NCBI RefSeq assembly: GCF_009914755.1
Contig: NC_060939.1
Strand: one strand, 5' to 3'
Source: the human T2T-CHM13v2.0 reference genome, Homo sapiens
DNA length: 64,000 nucleotides
Under the pieces are notes generated by a model. That model was not told where the DNA came from. It saw nothing but the letters and a program-made list of their open reading frames with translations, and did no database searches. Shown here piece after piece: positions 41,800-54,850 of the stretch (the first letter of the stretch is position 1; every line of letters begins with the position of its first letter). The position numbers and the translations under genes were made by a program.

Positions 41800-42154
41800 T
41801 GATATGGTTTGGCTGTGTCTCCACCCAAATTTCACCTTGAATTATAATAATCCCCATGTGTCAAGGGTGGAGCCAGGTGGAGATAATTGAATCATAGGGA
41901 CAGTTTCCCCCATACTGTTCTCATGGTAGTGAATAAGTGTCATGAGATTTGATGGTTTTATAAACGGGAGTTCCCCTGTACAAGCTGTCTTTGCCTCCTG
42001 CCATGTAAGATGTGACTTTGCTCCTCCTTTGCCTTCCACCATGATTGTGAGGCCTCCCCAGCCATGTGAATCTGTGAGTCAATTAATCCTCTTTCCTTTA
42101 TAAATTACCCAGTCTAGGGTATGTCTTTATTAGCAGCATGAGAATGGATTAATA
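41800..42154 (+). mobile_element. THE1B MaLR solo LTR
   Basis: 'tgatatggtttggctgtgtc...ccatgattgtgaggcctccccagccatgtg...ttagcagcatgagaatggattaata'. 5-bp TSD CTTAC at 41795-41799 and 42155-42159. Confidence 0.93.
41884..41894 (+). promoter_or_regulatory. DUX4 consensus motif TAATTGAATCA within THE1B
   Basis: Exact match to TAAYYBAATCA; function untested. Confidence 0.55.
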
Positions 42155-42902
42155 CTTACTCTATTGACTTTTTAACCTTAGATGAGACAGGAAGGCTGCA
42201 GAGAGGAGGAGAGGGCTGATGCTAGAGGTATGTGGGCTGGTGGTGTGGGAGGAGCTAGCTGAGATAAGACTCTGCCATGCTTTCTTCCAAAGTTACGTAG
42301 CTTTTCCATTCCTATTAGCCTTGTAATTTTTGCTGAAACCAGTTATGTTGTATTGAGTGATAGGAACTGAGGTAAACAGAGTATTCTTTGGCAAAGTTTT
42401 CTCTCTTGGAGAATAGGTCTTTGTTATAAAGAATTAAGCTCTAGGCTTGTTTCATATTGATGACTGCATTTCCCCATCCCTTGCCAGAGCCAGAGATGTA
42501 AGAGGGAAATCTTTCTCTGATCTTTATCGTAAGAACCTTGTGGGATTTCTGGAAGTAAAACCCATGAAAATATGGGGACCCTCCTAACATTGAAACTCTC
42601 AGAATTTCCTCACTCTCATGCTGTCCATGCTTTGCCTTCAGCAGTTCACCAAAATTATCATATAAGTGTTCCTATCACTTACGTTTCTAGCTGTGTATGT
42701 TCCAGGTAGGCAGATCTTGGCTGTGTCTCTCTAGTTGTGTCTGTTTCTCTAGATTGTGGAGTGCTTATTTGCCTTATGACCTCAGTTTTAATAATGGGTC
42801 CAAAAAAGTGTTTTGGTTGTAGTTTGCCCAGGCTTTTCTGTTGTAAGGGCAGGGTTGACAATTTACAAGCTTTTTCTATGTTGGAGCTGAAACCAGAAGT
42901 CT

Positions 42903-43050
42903 TCTATGCCAGGCTTTTTATTTGATTTAATTTGCATAACAAGAAAATTAAGTAGTTACTGTTACTGCCCCTATTTTATATATGAGAAAAAAACTGATTG
43001 ACCCATCGAATCTTAAATTTAGTAAGGTTTAGTAAGAATGAGATAAAAAC
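42903..43050 (-). mobile_element. MIR, right piece
   Basis: 'tttaatttgcataacaag...cccctattttatatatgagaaaaaaactga'. Confidence 0.6.
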
Positions 43051-43223
43051 TAAGATCAAAGTGCTTTGAAATGTTACAGGGAAAACAAAGATATTTTTAA
43101 GGAAAATGCAACTTCTCAAAATGTTGCCTGTATCTGGTGTTGCCAAAACGTGCTTGATCATCACCTTATAGTGGATGGCCTCTTTTAAGAATCATCACTG
43201 AATGGATTAAAAAAGAAGTTCCT

Positions 43224-43548
<325 letters not shown>

Positions 43549-45024
43549 TTAATACTAGATCATTTTTCATTAATTTCTGCCTAGAATAAACTCCTATATG
43601 GTTACCTTGCATTATCGTTTCATTTTCATGCTAATGTTTCTACATATGCCTGAAGATTGAATTATTGAAAAAACTCAATTGAGAGGAGGTTCTTTTAGTA
43701 ATTTTTATGTAATGAAATACTTTGGAATGGATTCAACATGGACCAAAAATGCCAAATTGCGTAGCTAGTTGTATTTTAGTAAGCTTCAGAATCATTCTTA
43801 ATGTATGGCATTGGCAATTTTTCCATAATGGAATATATATTTTCACTTTATCAGAGGCAATATAAAAGTACATATTCATAGCAAAAAATAAAAACTGCTA
43901 CTATTTCTGTTCATTCATATCTGTAAGTATATAGCCAGTGAAAGATGAATTGAAGAGGTTAAGTGACATTCTTGCAGATTCTCTATGATGTGTGAGATAA
44001 AAGAGAACCATTAAATTGTATATCTTATTTATGGGGGAAAGAGAAGTGGGCCCTATGGATTGTCAAATACTGTGTGAAATATAACTGAGCCTAGTAATGC
44101 ATTTTTACTAATCATTCTACTGTTTGTCTAAGCCTCAGCAGTAAGGTAGTTTGCTCAGTAGTGGCTCAGTAGTTTATTTATTTTCATGGCATTTGGGGGA
44201 CAGTTTTCATAATTAATGTTTAAATTACGCTAACAATGGCTTACAGACTGGCTTTAGAGAAGGACTTTGGTCACATGACACAGAGAACTGCCACCATACC
44301 AAGTCTAGGAAAGTTCATATAATGTCAATAGCATTAAAGAACCTGGAGGGACACAGAAAGACAGGTGTGATGTTGTGCTCAGGTGATCAAAGTGAGGCCA
44401 CTTCATGGCCAGTTGAATCTTGGATGGGCCTTTGGTTTGGAGACTGTATTTCCATAGTGGCTTTGGACAGTCATCAGATACAGTTTCTGAGATATGAATA
44501 CAGGGAAAATGGTATAACACACACCTTGCAAGTGTAGTCACCAAAAAGGGGTTCCTGCTGCTGGTCTTCACAAATCAACTATGTCCGGAGACATTACAAA
44601 ATGAAGAAGCACAATTAGAGAGAAGGTAAACAGCTGTTGTATCTTAGAAAAAAGTAACACATTCAGAAGTGCAAACAAAAAAGCCAGAGCAAATAGTGTA
44701 GATTACAATCCTATAGTAAAGAAACATTTAACATTCCCTGTTGCAAGCATTCTTAATCTAAGATTCATGCAGGGACTTGGGAGGAAAAAGGAAGTTTTCA
44801 CAACCCTTTTGAAGTTATTGGCAAAATTGGGCATGTTTGTCCATTCCAATAGGAAGAAAGACAAGTACTTTAATTAGATTCTTCAAGCTATTTACTAACC
44901 AAAAAAGTGTAAGAAGGATTAAAAAACAAACAAAAGATTTAAAAACAGTGACTTAGTTATATCTTTGAGTAGATCCTAGAAAAAAATGTGTTTATATCAC
45001 TTAAACTGAAAATTCGCTAAAATA

Positions 45025-45230
45025 TCACTGTGAGGATCAGTAGACTTTGATTTTAACACCAGCTCTACTGCCTCAAATGACCTTGGGCAAATTAAAATTC
45101 TTTTTAAAATAAGTGTGCGTAATGATACCTACTTCTCGAGTTATAATTTTCTAGATGAGGTATGTTAAGTATAATTATAAAACACCTAGCAGACTGCCTG
45201 GCATATAGTGGGTGTTCAATAAATGTTATT
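45025..45230 (+). mobile_element. MIR with L2-type tail
   Basis: 'ccagctctact...tgaccttgggcaa...cctggcatatagtgggtgttcaataaatgtt'. Confidence 0.7.
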
Positions 45231-46030
45231 CCCAAGGCAGGATTCCAGGGTTGTTATGGTATCTACAATATACTTTAAAATACTTTTTCAAAAAAATTAA
45301 GTAGTGTGTGTATATGTGGGTACTGCTTAGTTTAAGTAACATGCTATATACTGTTCTAATCAGAAATTTGGTTTTCAGAGGTGGCCAGATAAGATGTTTT
45401 CAGAAGGTCCATGCCCTAAATGTGCCTATTATTATAAGTGCTTTTGGTTATATTATCTTTGATTAGCACCAGACGTTAGAGTGAAAGCCAAAAAGGAGTT
45501 TTCATTGGTGAAATTTGTAGTTCATTAGTTGGCATAATAAACTTTAAAAGTAGGCTTTTACTGGTGAAATGAGTGGTATTTGTGGTATATGGAATGGATA
45601 GAGTATTTTAAAAACATTCCCTACCCTTTCGTAAATAGAAATTACGAATCTAGCAGACCTTCTGTAGCCTGTACCCTCAAGGATGGTGCCTGTGGCTCTA
45701 TCCTGTATCTAGCCATTCATGCCAGTGTAGGTTATCAGGGACATGAAATTCTGCTTCTGATATTGATTCATCTGCCTCTAGTGAATCTCCTATGCAAGAT
45801 AAGGTAGGCATCTTTAAAAGGACAGAGAACTAGGGTTTCATTGAACTTACAAAACAAGTTGTATAAACTGTTCTGTGCCTGTTTGCTATTAAAAATGAGT
45901 TTCATAAATGTCACCATATCTTGGAGAATGTAGAAACTTGCTCATGTTGGAGAGGCTATGGCTGTAATTCTATATAGTGGCTATAATTATCTACCAAAAA
46001 GGTCATAATTGGTGTGACCAAATTGGCTGA

Positions 46031-46339
<309 letters not shown>

Positions 46340-46844
46340 AGCTTAGGCCACTTTTCAAGAAGAGTCAAAATAAAACCTTCAGTATGAACAAAGTAGGGAA
46401 GTCAGAGTCCATGCACTAATGAAAAAGAAACATAAAAACAAGTTCATCAGGCAGATGACAAGCAAGGAAGGCACAACTCAGAGATTAAAGGAGGTGTAAA
46501 AAGGTCTTAAATGTAGGCAAACAGGAATCAGGAAAGCTGATAAATCTGAAAAAGCAGGAGAAAGAAAACCGGTAAACAGCCTCCAAACACTTTGATAATC
46601 TAAGGCAGACCTTTGCCTTAGCCAAGGAGATGGATGCTACTCTTTTTAGGGTAGTACCCATCTTTGAACATCTGTAGGCAGAAACAAGTGAGGTAGATGA
46701 GAGAGAAGGGCAGCTACTAGGAGGTAGTTTTCAACACTGGAAGATCCTGTAAAGGGGTTTATATTATACTAAACTCTCTGTCTCCTCTTGTTATTGTTTT
46801 CTATCTTCCTTTCAGAAGTTACTTTGAGGACATAGGCCAACTAA

Positions 46845-47190
46845 AACCCTCTACAGTACTGGTGGGAATGTACAATGATAAATTCACTTTGGAAAACAGT
46901 TTGGATATTTCCTATAAAGTCAAACATACACTTACCGTTTGACCCAGCAATGTCATTTCTTGGCATTTATCCAGGAAAAATGAAAGCATGTGTTCGTGAA
47001 AAGACTTAAATGTGAATGTCCATGTGTTCGTGAAAAGACTTAAATGTGAATGTCCATACCAGGTTTATTCATAATAGTACAAAGTGGAAAAACCCAAATA
47101 GTCATCAAGTGGTGAATGGATGTATAACATTTGGAACACACACACAGTGAGAAGCTACTCAAAAATAAAAGAACAAACTATTAGTAATCA
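46845..47190 (+). mobile_element. Old L1M (L1ME-like) 3' fragment
   Basis: 'ctggtgggaatgtacaatg...ctttggaaaacagtttgg...tgacccagcaat...tttattcataatag'. Confidence 0.8.
46987..47057. repeat. Perfect 34-bp tandem duplication
   Basis: CATGTGTTCGTGAAAAGACTTAAATGTGAATGTC x2 followed by CAT. Confidence 0.95.
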
Positions 47191-47263
47191 CGTATATTAT
47201 TTTACCAAATATTATGTTGTCAACTTTGCTGCATTGTTGGCAGCAGGAAGTAGTAGAATTCTT

Positions 47264-47573
<310 letters not shown>

Positions 47574-48784
47574 TAAGGAAGTAGTAGAATTCTTATAAGG
47601 AATGCAGAGGCACAGAAAAAGAATGTAACTAGTAGGGATTTCAGGTATGGAGGCAAGCTGGTGAATAAAATAGTTTTAGTTTGGAGGCTATTCTGAAAGT
47701 TCTCCAGGCAAGCCACAGAGGTATCTACTCCATTTGTGAAAGGTATCAACTTTGGACATTCAAATGACATCAAAACAAGGCATTTTGTTTCTCTCTGGAC
47801 ACCACTCCCTTAAGAATTGGAAACCAAGCAATATTTATAATTTTTTTCACTAGCTTCTTTTCATTTAGAAAAATAACACTGGTTTCTTTCTCCTTGGAAA
47901 ATAACTAATGCTAAGACCACCTAAAATATAAGCTGCCATTTCAATTTTTAGAGTAGGAATGGAATTTCCTTTGCGATCTCTTCCTTGCTGTACATAAAAC
48001 CAAGAAAAAAGCAGAAGGGAAAGAGATCTTCTTTTGGAATCTGTAATGGAACCCCCACATTTGTATGAATCTTTTTGTAAATATAGGAATCTGTTGGGAG
48101 AAATTCTCCAAAGACCAAGAATATAGTCCTATGGCATTTGAAAGCTGAAATTTATAGGCAGGCTAATAATCAGTGGAAAGGTTTTCTGCTTAACAAAACT
48201 TTTCTATTTAGTCAGAGGATAGTTGATTTTTAAGACTTTAAAAGAAATCAATTTGTTTCTTTACATATAGACCTTTATGTCAATAAATGACGTATGTATT
48301 TCACTAATACCCAATAAAAATGAGCAGTAGACTTTTCTTTAGTTGTAGGTGAAGTTTCTACAGGAACTAGTTCTAACTTTAGTGTGTGTCCTCCTAGTGA
48401 AAATTCACTTTAACTATATTTTTTCCCTGAATGCCCCTCCCTTTCTCAAGCATGGAAAGGCATGGCACAGAATTGCCGAAGGAAAGAATCTCTAGCAGTA
48501 GAATAAGAAACTTTTAAGATAATACAAAAGATATAAAATAAACTGTACCTTGCTTATAGGTAATAGTCTCTAACCTGTCACCTGAAATAGAGGTATGTGC
48601 AGAACCTTTGGTTAACCACTAGGCGATTTTTGGAAGTCAGTACACATATTCCATTCTTTGGGGTGAATAGGTCTCTACTGACTTTCTACGTATTTAGCTG
48701 GCACCTACCTTATGACTCCAAAGGTAATGCAATAAGAGATAGCAACTACAGCCAATAAGTATTTTGCCTAGAATTCTATAATTA

Positions 48785-49090
48785 CAATCATGTGTCGCTT
48801 AGTGAGGGAGACATGTTCTGAGAAATGTGTCATTAGGCATTTTCAACATTATAGAGTGTACTTACACAAACCTAGATAGTGTAGCCTATGACACACCTAG
48901 GCTATATGGTGTAGCCTATTGTTCCTAGACTATAAACCTGTACAGCAGGTTACTGTACTGAATACAGTAAGCAATTGTAACACAATGGTAAGAATTTGTG
49001 TATCTAAACATATCTAAACATAAAAAGGTACAGTAAAAAATACCATATATTAATCTTATGGGACCACCGTTGTATATGTGGTCTATCATC
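48785..49090 (+). mobile_element. Tigger3a (MER7A) MITE, right TIR missing
   Basis: 'caatcatgtgtcgcttag...ttctgagaaatgtgtcattagg...agagtgtacttacacaaacctagat...atcttatgggaccaccg'. Confidence 0.88.
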
Positions 49091-49129
49091 CAGATATATT
49101 TTAAACATTTTCTCTCTATATAATTGTAT

Positions 49130-49486
49130 TCATAAAGAATAAATAGTATTGTTCCATGTACTTTTAAAATTTGCATAAATAGTGTCATACTTCATATACG
49201 TTTTTTAGCTTGCTATTTCCCACTCAAAATTGTTTGAGATATATCTAGGTTGATTTATGTAAATGAAAGTAATTAACTCATGTATGTTGATGTATGATTT
49301 GTAGTAAGAATAAACCAATTTATTTACTCATTCCTTTCCTTCAGACAATGTTATTCTTTGAAAAACTGCCACAGTGAAAACCCCTGTGTGTTTTTCTGTC
49401 TAGCCATATGAGACAGTTTCTATAAAGCATATAATTACATATGGCCTTGATGGGTCATAGGGTATATATATGTTCAATTTTATTAG
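49130..49486 (-). mobile_element. L1ME-like fragment
   Basis: 'tgggtcatagggtatatatatgttcaatttta'; short continuation after about 49975. Confidence 0.6.
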
Positions 49487-49975
49487 GTGGAGCAGAAACT
49501 GCTGGTTGCCAACCCTAAAACCCATTCTCACTTGATTTTTCAAATTGGACACATGGATATCTGGAAGAGACATTTCTTATCCTCCCTTGCTTCTAAGTGT
49601 GACTATTTAACTAAAGTCTGGCTAATGATATTTAAGTGGAAGTGTATGCGTGGCAGTTTTCAGAATATTTTCTTAAATGCAAGCTTGCATATATCCATTG
49701 TCCCTTCTTTCTCTTTGTTCTTTTCTTCTTTACTGGTATCGGCAATATAGATATGAGGACTGGAGGTCTAGGGGCCATCTTGGACTGTGAGAATAGAGAT
49801 GCCAATGTGGGGATGTCAGACTAGAAGAAATTTGGGTACCTTCTTGGAGCTACCTTACCAGCAACAAACTTCATTTCTTGACACTTTATTGGAGAAATAT
49901 GAACATATTTTATATGGAAGCACCTGTTTTGGATTTTCTGTCACAGACAGCCAGGTGTAATTCTAATTGATGCAG
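49487..49975 (+). mobile_element. MLT1J/K-like MaLR solo LTR
   Basis: 'cctcccttgcttctaagtgtgac', 'ggccatcttggactgtgag', ending 'ttctaattgatgca'. Confidence 0.7.
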
Positions 49976-50059
49976 TAATACTACAAATTAGTTTTCAAAT
50001 GGTTATACCTTTTAATACCCCAGCAAAAAATAAATGACTTTGTAATTATTGTATATTAT

Positions 50060-50215
50060 TTTATAATTGTTAAAAGCATTTTAATAACCACATCTCACTT
50101 TTATACAGTGTGAGAAAGAACAACAAGAATATGAGATCCCCACTCTGCAGCTCAGAGGGGTGGAGCCCAGGGAGGTTCAATGAATTGACCAAGGTCCCAG
50201 TAATTTAGTGCAAGG
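50060..50215 (-). mobile_element. MIR fragment
   Basis: 'cccagggaggttcaatgaattgaccaaggtc'. Confidence 0.55.
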
Positions 50216-51943
50216 TAATAAATAAAGGTTATCAAGGATATATATGGTGTCTCACAGACAAATGCCACATGCACCTGTGGGCTCTAAGCAAAGGGGTATT
50301 GTCTTGAGTGTGATCTAGTTACTCTGACAAATCTTACCTGTTCTATTCTCAATTAATTTGTATAACATTGTGATTAAAGTCTCTCTTTAGCTGTCCTTTT
50401 GCTAAGGAGGAGCATATTGAGTTGCATGCTAGAATTCCCATTTTGGGCATTGGCTCAGACTGGGGAGAGTCATGCCAGCACAAGAAGCTAATTGGTTTAC
50501 AGAGAAGGGAGGGGGAAGTATACATTTATCAGAGGGCACTGGCCAATTGCCTGGTCTCTTGGCAATGCTTGCCAGCCAATTTCCAGACTGAAGTTGGCAT
50601 TGGATCTGAAAAGTCACTGATATCCATGCACAGCTGGAGGGTACTGGGCTAAAGAAGCAGAATTTGAAAAGGAGGAGAAAGCTGAGACCTAATCTTAATT
50701 TTTTTTCATCTTTTTTTTTAATATTGGGTGACTTTGAGAAAATGGAATGGTATTAGAATATTCAGACTGCTGGGCAGGGTGGGAGAGGCTGTGCTGAGGG
50801 AGCTTCTAAAGATGGAAGGAAGTTTCCTGGGAAAAGTCCAGAAGTGGTTGTGCAGTGGCACTTGAAATGGACTGAATTGTGCTCCTGCCTGCTGTGCCTC
50901 CAGAAGGCTCTGTAAGATCATCTGAGTGTATACACGCATCAGAGGGCACTTTGGGGTTTAGCTGATGTCAAGGCTGAGGGATTCCATCTCCTGCGAATAA
51001 GTTGTTTACCACTACCACCTTCTTTTGTCACCCCTCATGTCAGTGCACAAAGGGCCCTTGAGTAGAGAAGCATGTTTGGTCTAGATACATGAAAAGAGGG
51101 GACTGTGAAGGAAGAAGAGAGACAGACAATTCAGTGTATTTTGGCATCCTATGAACTGAACCCCAAGTAAGGCAATTTTAAGAATATTCTCTTTAAAAAC
51201 TTCTCTTCTACCAAATGTGTTTTCAGCTAATGTGGGAAATTAAACTGCTAAATTCTAAATCTATTCTCAACATCACTAAAAATTATAAATAGGGGAGAAT
51301 AACCTATACAAACTAAGCTATCTGTGCTAGAGGATACAATGCAGTTCATATGTGCCCAACAAATGCCAGCAAATTTTCCAAACCAGAATTTAACTATCTG
51401 TGCTTGATGTGGGAGGGCAACATATATACTTAATAAAAATTTAAAATCCAGGCCTCAGGGCTCAACAAAATTCAGTTCCTGCCTACTGAATTTCTCATTG
51501 CAAATAATATACTGCATGAAAATAGAAAGCTCAAGGAACTGGAATTTCTACTGAAATTAGATAGAAGGCTCTTACTCCATTTAATCAACTGATATGAAAT
51601 GCTTGGCTCTGGGTGACTCCATAAAGGCTCTGTTTTTATTTGATTCTGCTGCCTCCTACTGATGAGGAGCCCATGTGGAAAGACAGGGGACTGTGCCATG
51701 AGAAGCATGGTTCATGCCGTCATTATTCTCACCAGCTAGGGATTCTGGATACCTAATTTCTAGTTACTGTATTGCCTCTAACTAGTTCTGAAATTGTGGG
51801 TGACCTTTTCGCCTCAGTCCCTTCTGGTGCAAAATCAGAGAATGGAAGATGTTCTCTAATCAAGTCCAGCTTTAGTGGTCTGTGATTATCTCACAGTTCT
51901 CTCCACTGATTCAAGTTGCTCCTGACAAAAGGATAATATAACA

Positions 51944-52237
51944 GTGTGGTAAAGACTTTTAGCACTTAGACATGTCTGGTTCTCTGCTCCTTCCTGGATC
52001 CATTGCAGTTAGGTAGGGTCGTGTGACTCTCTCTGATCAATGGACAATAAGTGTAATGTCAGTCTGGGCCAAAGAGAAGAACAGTGAGATTTCCATGGTT
52101 TGTGTCCCCTGCCATAGCAACCTTGCAAGTTAAATGTTGAGACAGCAGAGTCTTAAGATGGAAATGATAGACTCCCTGACTGGAAAGCATGCTGCTGTGG
52201 CAAGCCATCAGATTTGCAAGGAACTTAGGAGGGTAAA
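51944..52237 (+). mobile_element. MLT1I/J-like LTR, 3' end missing
   Basis: 'ttgcagttaggtagggtcgtgtgact', 'cccctgccatagcaaccttg', 'aagatggaa'. Confidence 0.65.
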
Positions 52238-52352
52238 AATGGGTGCAGCACACCAACATGGCACATGTATACATATGTAACAAACCTGCACATTGTGCAC
52301 ATGTACCCTAGAACTTAAAGTATAATGAAAAAAAATTTAAAAAAAAGAAAAA
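52238..52352 (+). mobile_element. Short L1PA 3' tip with poly(A)
   Basis: 'atgggtgcagcacaccaacatggcacatgtatac...ctagaacttaaagtataat' followed by an A tail; no clear TSD. Confidence 0.92.
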
Positions 52353-52899
52353 CTAAGTTAAATGTTTAACTGCAACACTTCCCGGTCTATGTACAACAAA
52401 TACATAGCATTGCTGCAAATACAGGTGGCTCACCCAGAAGAACCCATTTATTCCTCTGCAATGATTATTCACAGGCAAAGTCACACAATACATAACAAAG
52501 AGAGCAAGTGTTCCTGTGTGTACCATTAAAAGAAGACCCAAGGAAGAAACACAGGCTAGAGATGTTTAACAGAGTACACAGTAATCACTCAACAAATGCT
52601 TGTTTCATGAAATCATAATATAAAGTTTCCCCACTGGTGTGTTTGGATGGGAAAAGGGTATGTGGGGAGGGTGAACTTGTTGAAAGCATCTCTATATTCT
52701 GAGTACTGTAGCACATGGTAGTACTCAAGAAGTGTTTGTTAAATTCAGATGAACTGAGTGAACACTTACATGGTGACGCATATAGCTGACTTTGAAACTG
52801 ACAATATAGAAATGGATGTTGGTCTCATTCCTGACTCATAGCTTACACTTAAAAGTAGAAAATATCTAAATCTATACACGTATATAATTGCCATCTACC

Positions 52900-53160
52900 A
52901 TTTATTCATTCAGTAAATATTTATTGAGTACCTGCTTCGCCCAAAGTGTTATGTTAAACACTGGAAGACTGGATCAATCCTCATTGAGTTTACATGCTGG
53001 GGCATGAGGGCTGGGTAATGGCAGGAACAGAGGGGTGGTGGACACTACATAATTATTTAAATAAAATCGTGGTATGTATGATGAAGGAGAAGTACAGGAT
53101 GATTTGAGAGTATGTGACTAGAGGACCCAATTTCAACTAGTGGTCAGGGAAGGGCTTTCA
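52900..53160 (-). mobile_element. L2a 3' fragment
   Basis: 'ttattcattcagtaaatatttattgagtacct', 'ggtcagggaagggctt'. Confidence 0.75.
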
Positions 53161-53414
53161 GTTTTAACACAACTCATTGTTCCCATTAAGATAATTGGGT
53201 AACTCAAAGACGTGGCTGGATTCTTTAGCCCACATGTGAAATCTCGCAACTGTGGCACTGCTTTCAACCATAGTGGTAGCCAATGTGAAGGGAAGGCCGA
53301 TGTTTTTTCCAGCATTGCTTGAATTTTGATGCAGCAACATTAGTCAGGTACCCTAGATATTGCAGGACTTTGGCTTTGAAAAATAGAAAAGGGAAGGAAA
53401 GTAATTCTGTCCAT

Positions 53415-53640
53415 TTTTTTTTTTATTTAATCTGTACCAAGTTTTGTAAGTGGTTTTAACACTCTGTAATGTGGAGTCCCTCCTTAGAGAGGAGAAACTA
53501 TTATTTTGCAGATGCGAAAGCTGAGACATGGTGGGGTAAGCAACATACCCAGTCACAGTTAATGAATCCTCGGGCAAAAATATTGAAGCCAATCAATTTG
53601 GCTCCAGAATGACAGCATTTAACTCCTGCTTTACACTGCA
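53415..53640 (-). mobile_element. MIR
   Basis: 'attttgcagatgcgaaagctgagac...gtcacag...ggctccaga'. Confidence 0.7.
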
Positions 53641-53803
53641 CTGCCTCTCCAAATGGTGGATGCTACCAGAGCAGAGCCACCTAAGTAGGGGATCAAGTTC
53701 CAAGGTTGATGTACAACCCGTTAACAGAATTACCTTGGAAGATTCTTAAGAAGGTCTCCAAATAAATATAATGTGGTATTTTTTTTTCTGACAGCTTGGA
53801 ACA

Positions 53804-54284
53804 TGTTGCTAAAGAGCAGTTCTGTGGGCAGCCTTGGACTGATCCAATTTTTCCTCTTTTTTGCTTATAGTTCTCAGAATAACTCTAGAATGTTGTGAGA
53901 ATGCAATGTCATGAGATAGGAAGAGACCGGCCAGATAGCCTGGACTCTGTTCTAGTCCCCTCTCCTCTAAGAAACAGAATGTCCTTTACAATACTTTAGC
54001 CCAGTGAATCACATGGACCCAGGGTATAAAACCCAGAGTGGGCTGCATTCTGTGGTCTTTCAGCTGCTGTGCAAGTGGGGCACCTGCAGACAAGAAATCT
54101 GTTCTGGATAGTGTTTTCCTGAGTCTTGGGTGACCGACTCACCCTGAATCCTAAGCTTCTGTTGTCTCTTGATGTCTATCTGTAAGTAATAAACTCACTT
54201 TGTGCTGTTTGTTGTATATATGTGTGATCTGTCCTGCTGGACTCAGACAAGTTAGTACCCAGTGCACAGGGAACCTGCTTCACA
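53804..54284 (+). mobile_element. Complete ERV solo LTR (ERVL-class, LTR32/LTR47-like)
   Basis: TG...CA termini, about 480 bp, TATAAAA at 54025-54031, AATAAA at 54188-54193, ending 'cagtgcacagggaacctgcttcaca'. Confidence 0.8.
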
Positions 54285-54511
54285 GAAGCTTATAGGGGAA
54301 TACTGTTATGGTGAATTACAGGCCCTTTTAAAGGAAAGCAAAATATATCCATGAAGGTTGTTTCTCTCTTTTTATATATTATCTAAATTATTTTATCTGC
54401 TATGGAAAATGATAAACCGATTAAGGTATTTGAAATTGTTAGGAATATGACATGGCCTAAAGAATATTTTTTTTCTCTTCTACACATTGACTTCTCAGTG
54501 ACTGATATCAT

Positions 54512-54570
54512 ATGTCTGTCTGTCTATCTCTCTATCTGGCTAGCTATCTACCTCCCTACCTACCTATCTG
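54512..54570. repeat. Degenerate (TCTG/TCTA/CCTA)n tetranucleotide tract
   Basis: Read directly. Confidence 0.75.
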
Positions 54571-54850
54571 TTTTGGTGTGTTTTAGGATACAGTTGTTGT
54601 TTAAGATGTCCTGCTGACTGTAGCAGCAGCTTTTATGCAGTCGCTTAGTTATCACCCTCTTACCTACTGGCTGTGCCTAAGTTCTAGGTTTTGAATGAGT
54701 TTGACTAACCTACCTCTACTGGCTTGTAATGGTCTACTTAATTTTTAATTTGTAATTTTGCGGGAAATGTCCGAATTATCTCACTGGGATTTATTTCACC
54801 AAATAGTGTCCTTTGATAGAGAAGGTATTCACATCACTGTTGTTAGTTTC

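Larger units (their letters stand above)
41371..42901 (-). mobile_element. L1M 5' region (L1MDa/L1MCa/L1M4-like), interrupted by THE1B
   Basis: Ends '...atgttggagctgaaaccagaagtc', the reverse complement of the recalled L1M 5' terminus GACTTCTGGTTTCAGCTCCAACAT. Confidence 0.7.

Noticed and set aside
50270-51040. Possible ancient LTR (purine-rich, ends near 'tgtcac')
   Set aside because: I could not match it to any recalled consensus or define termini or a TSD.
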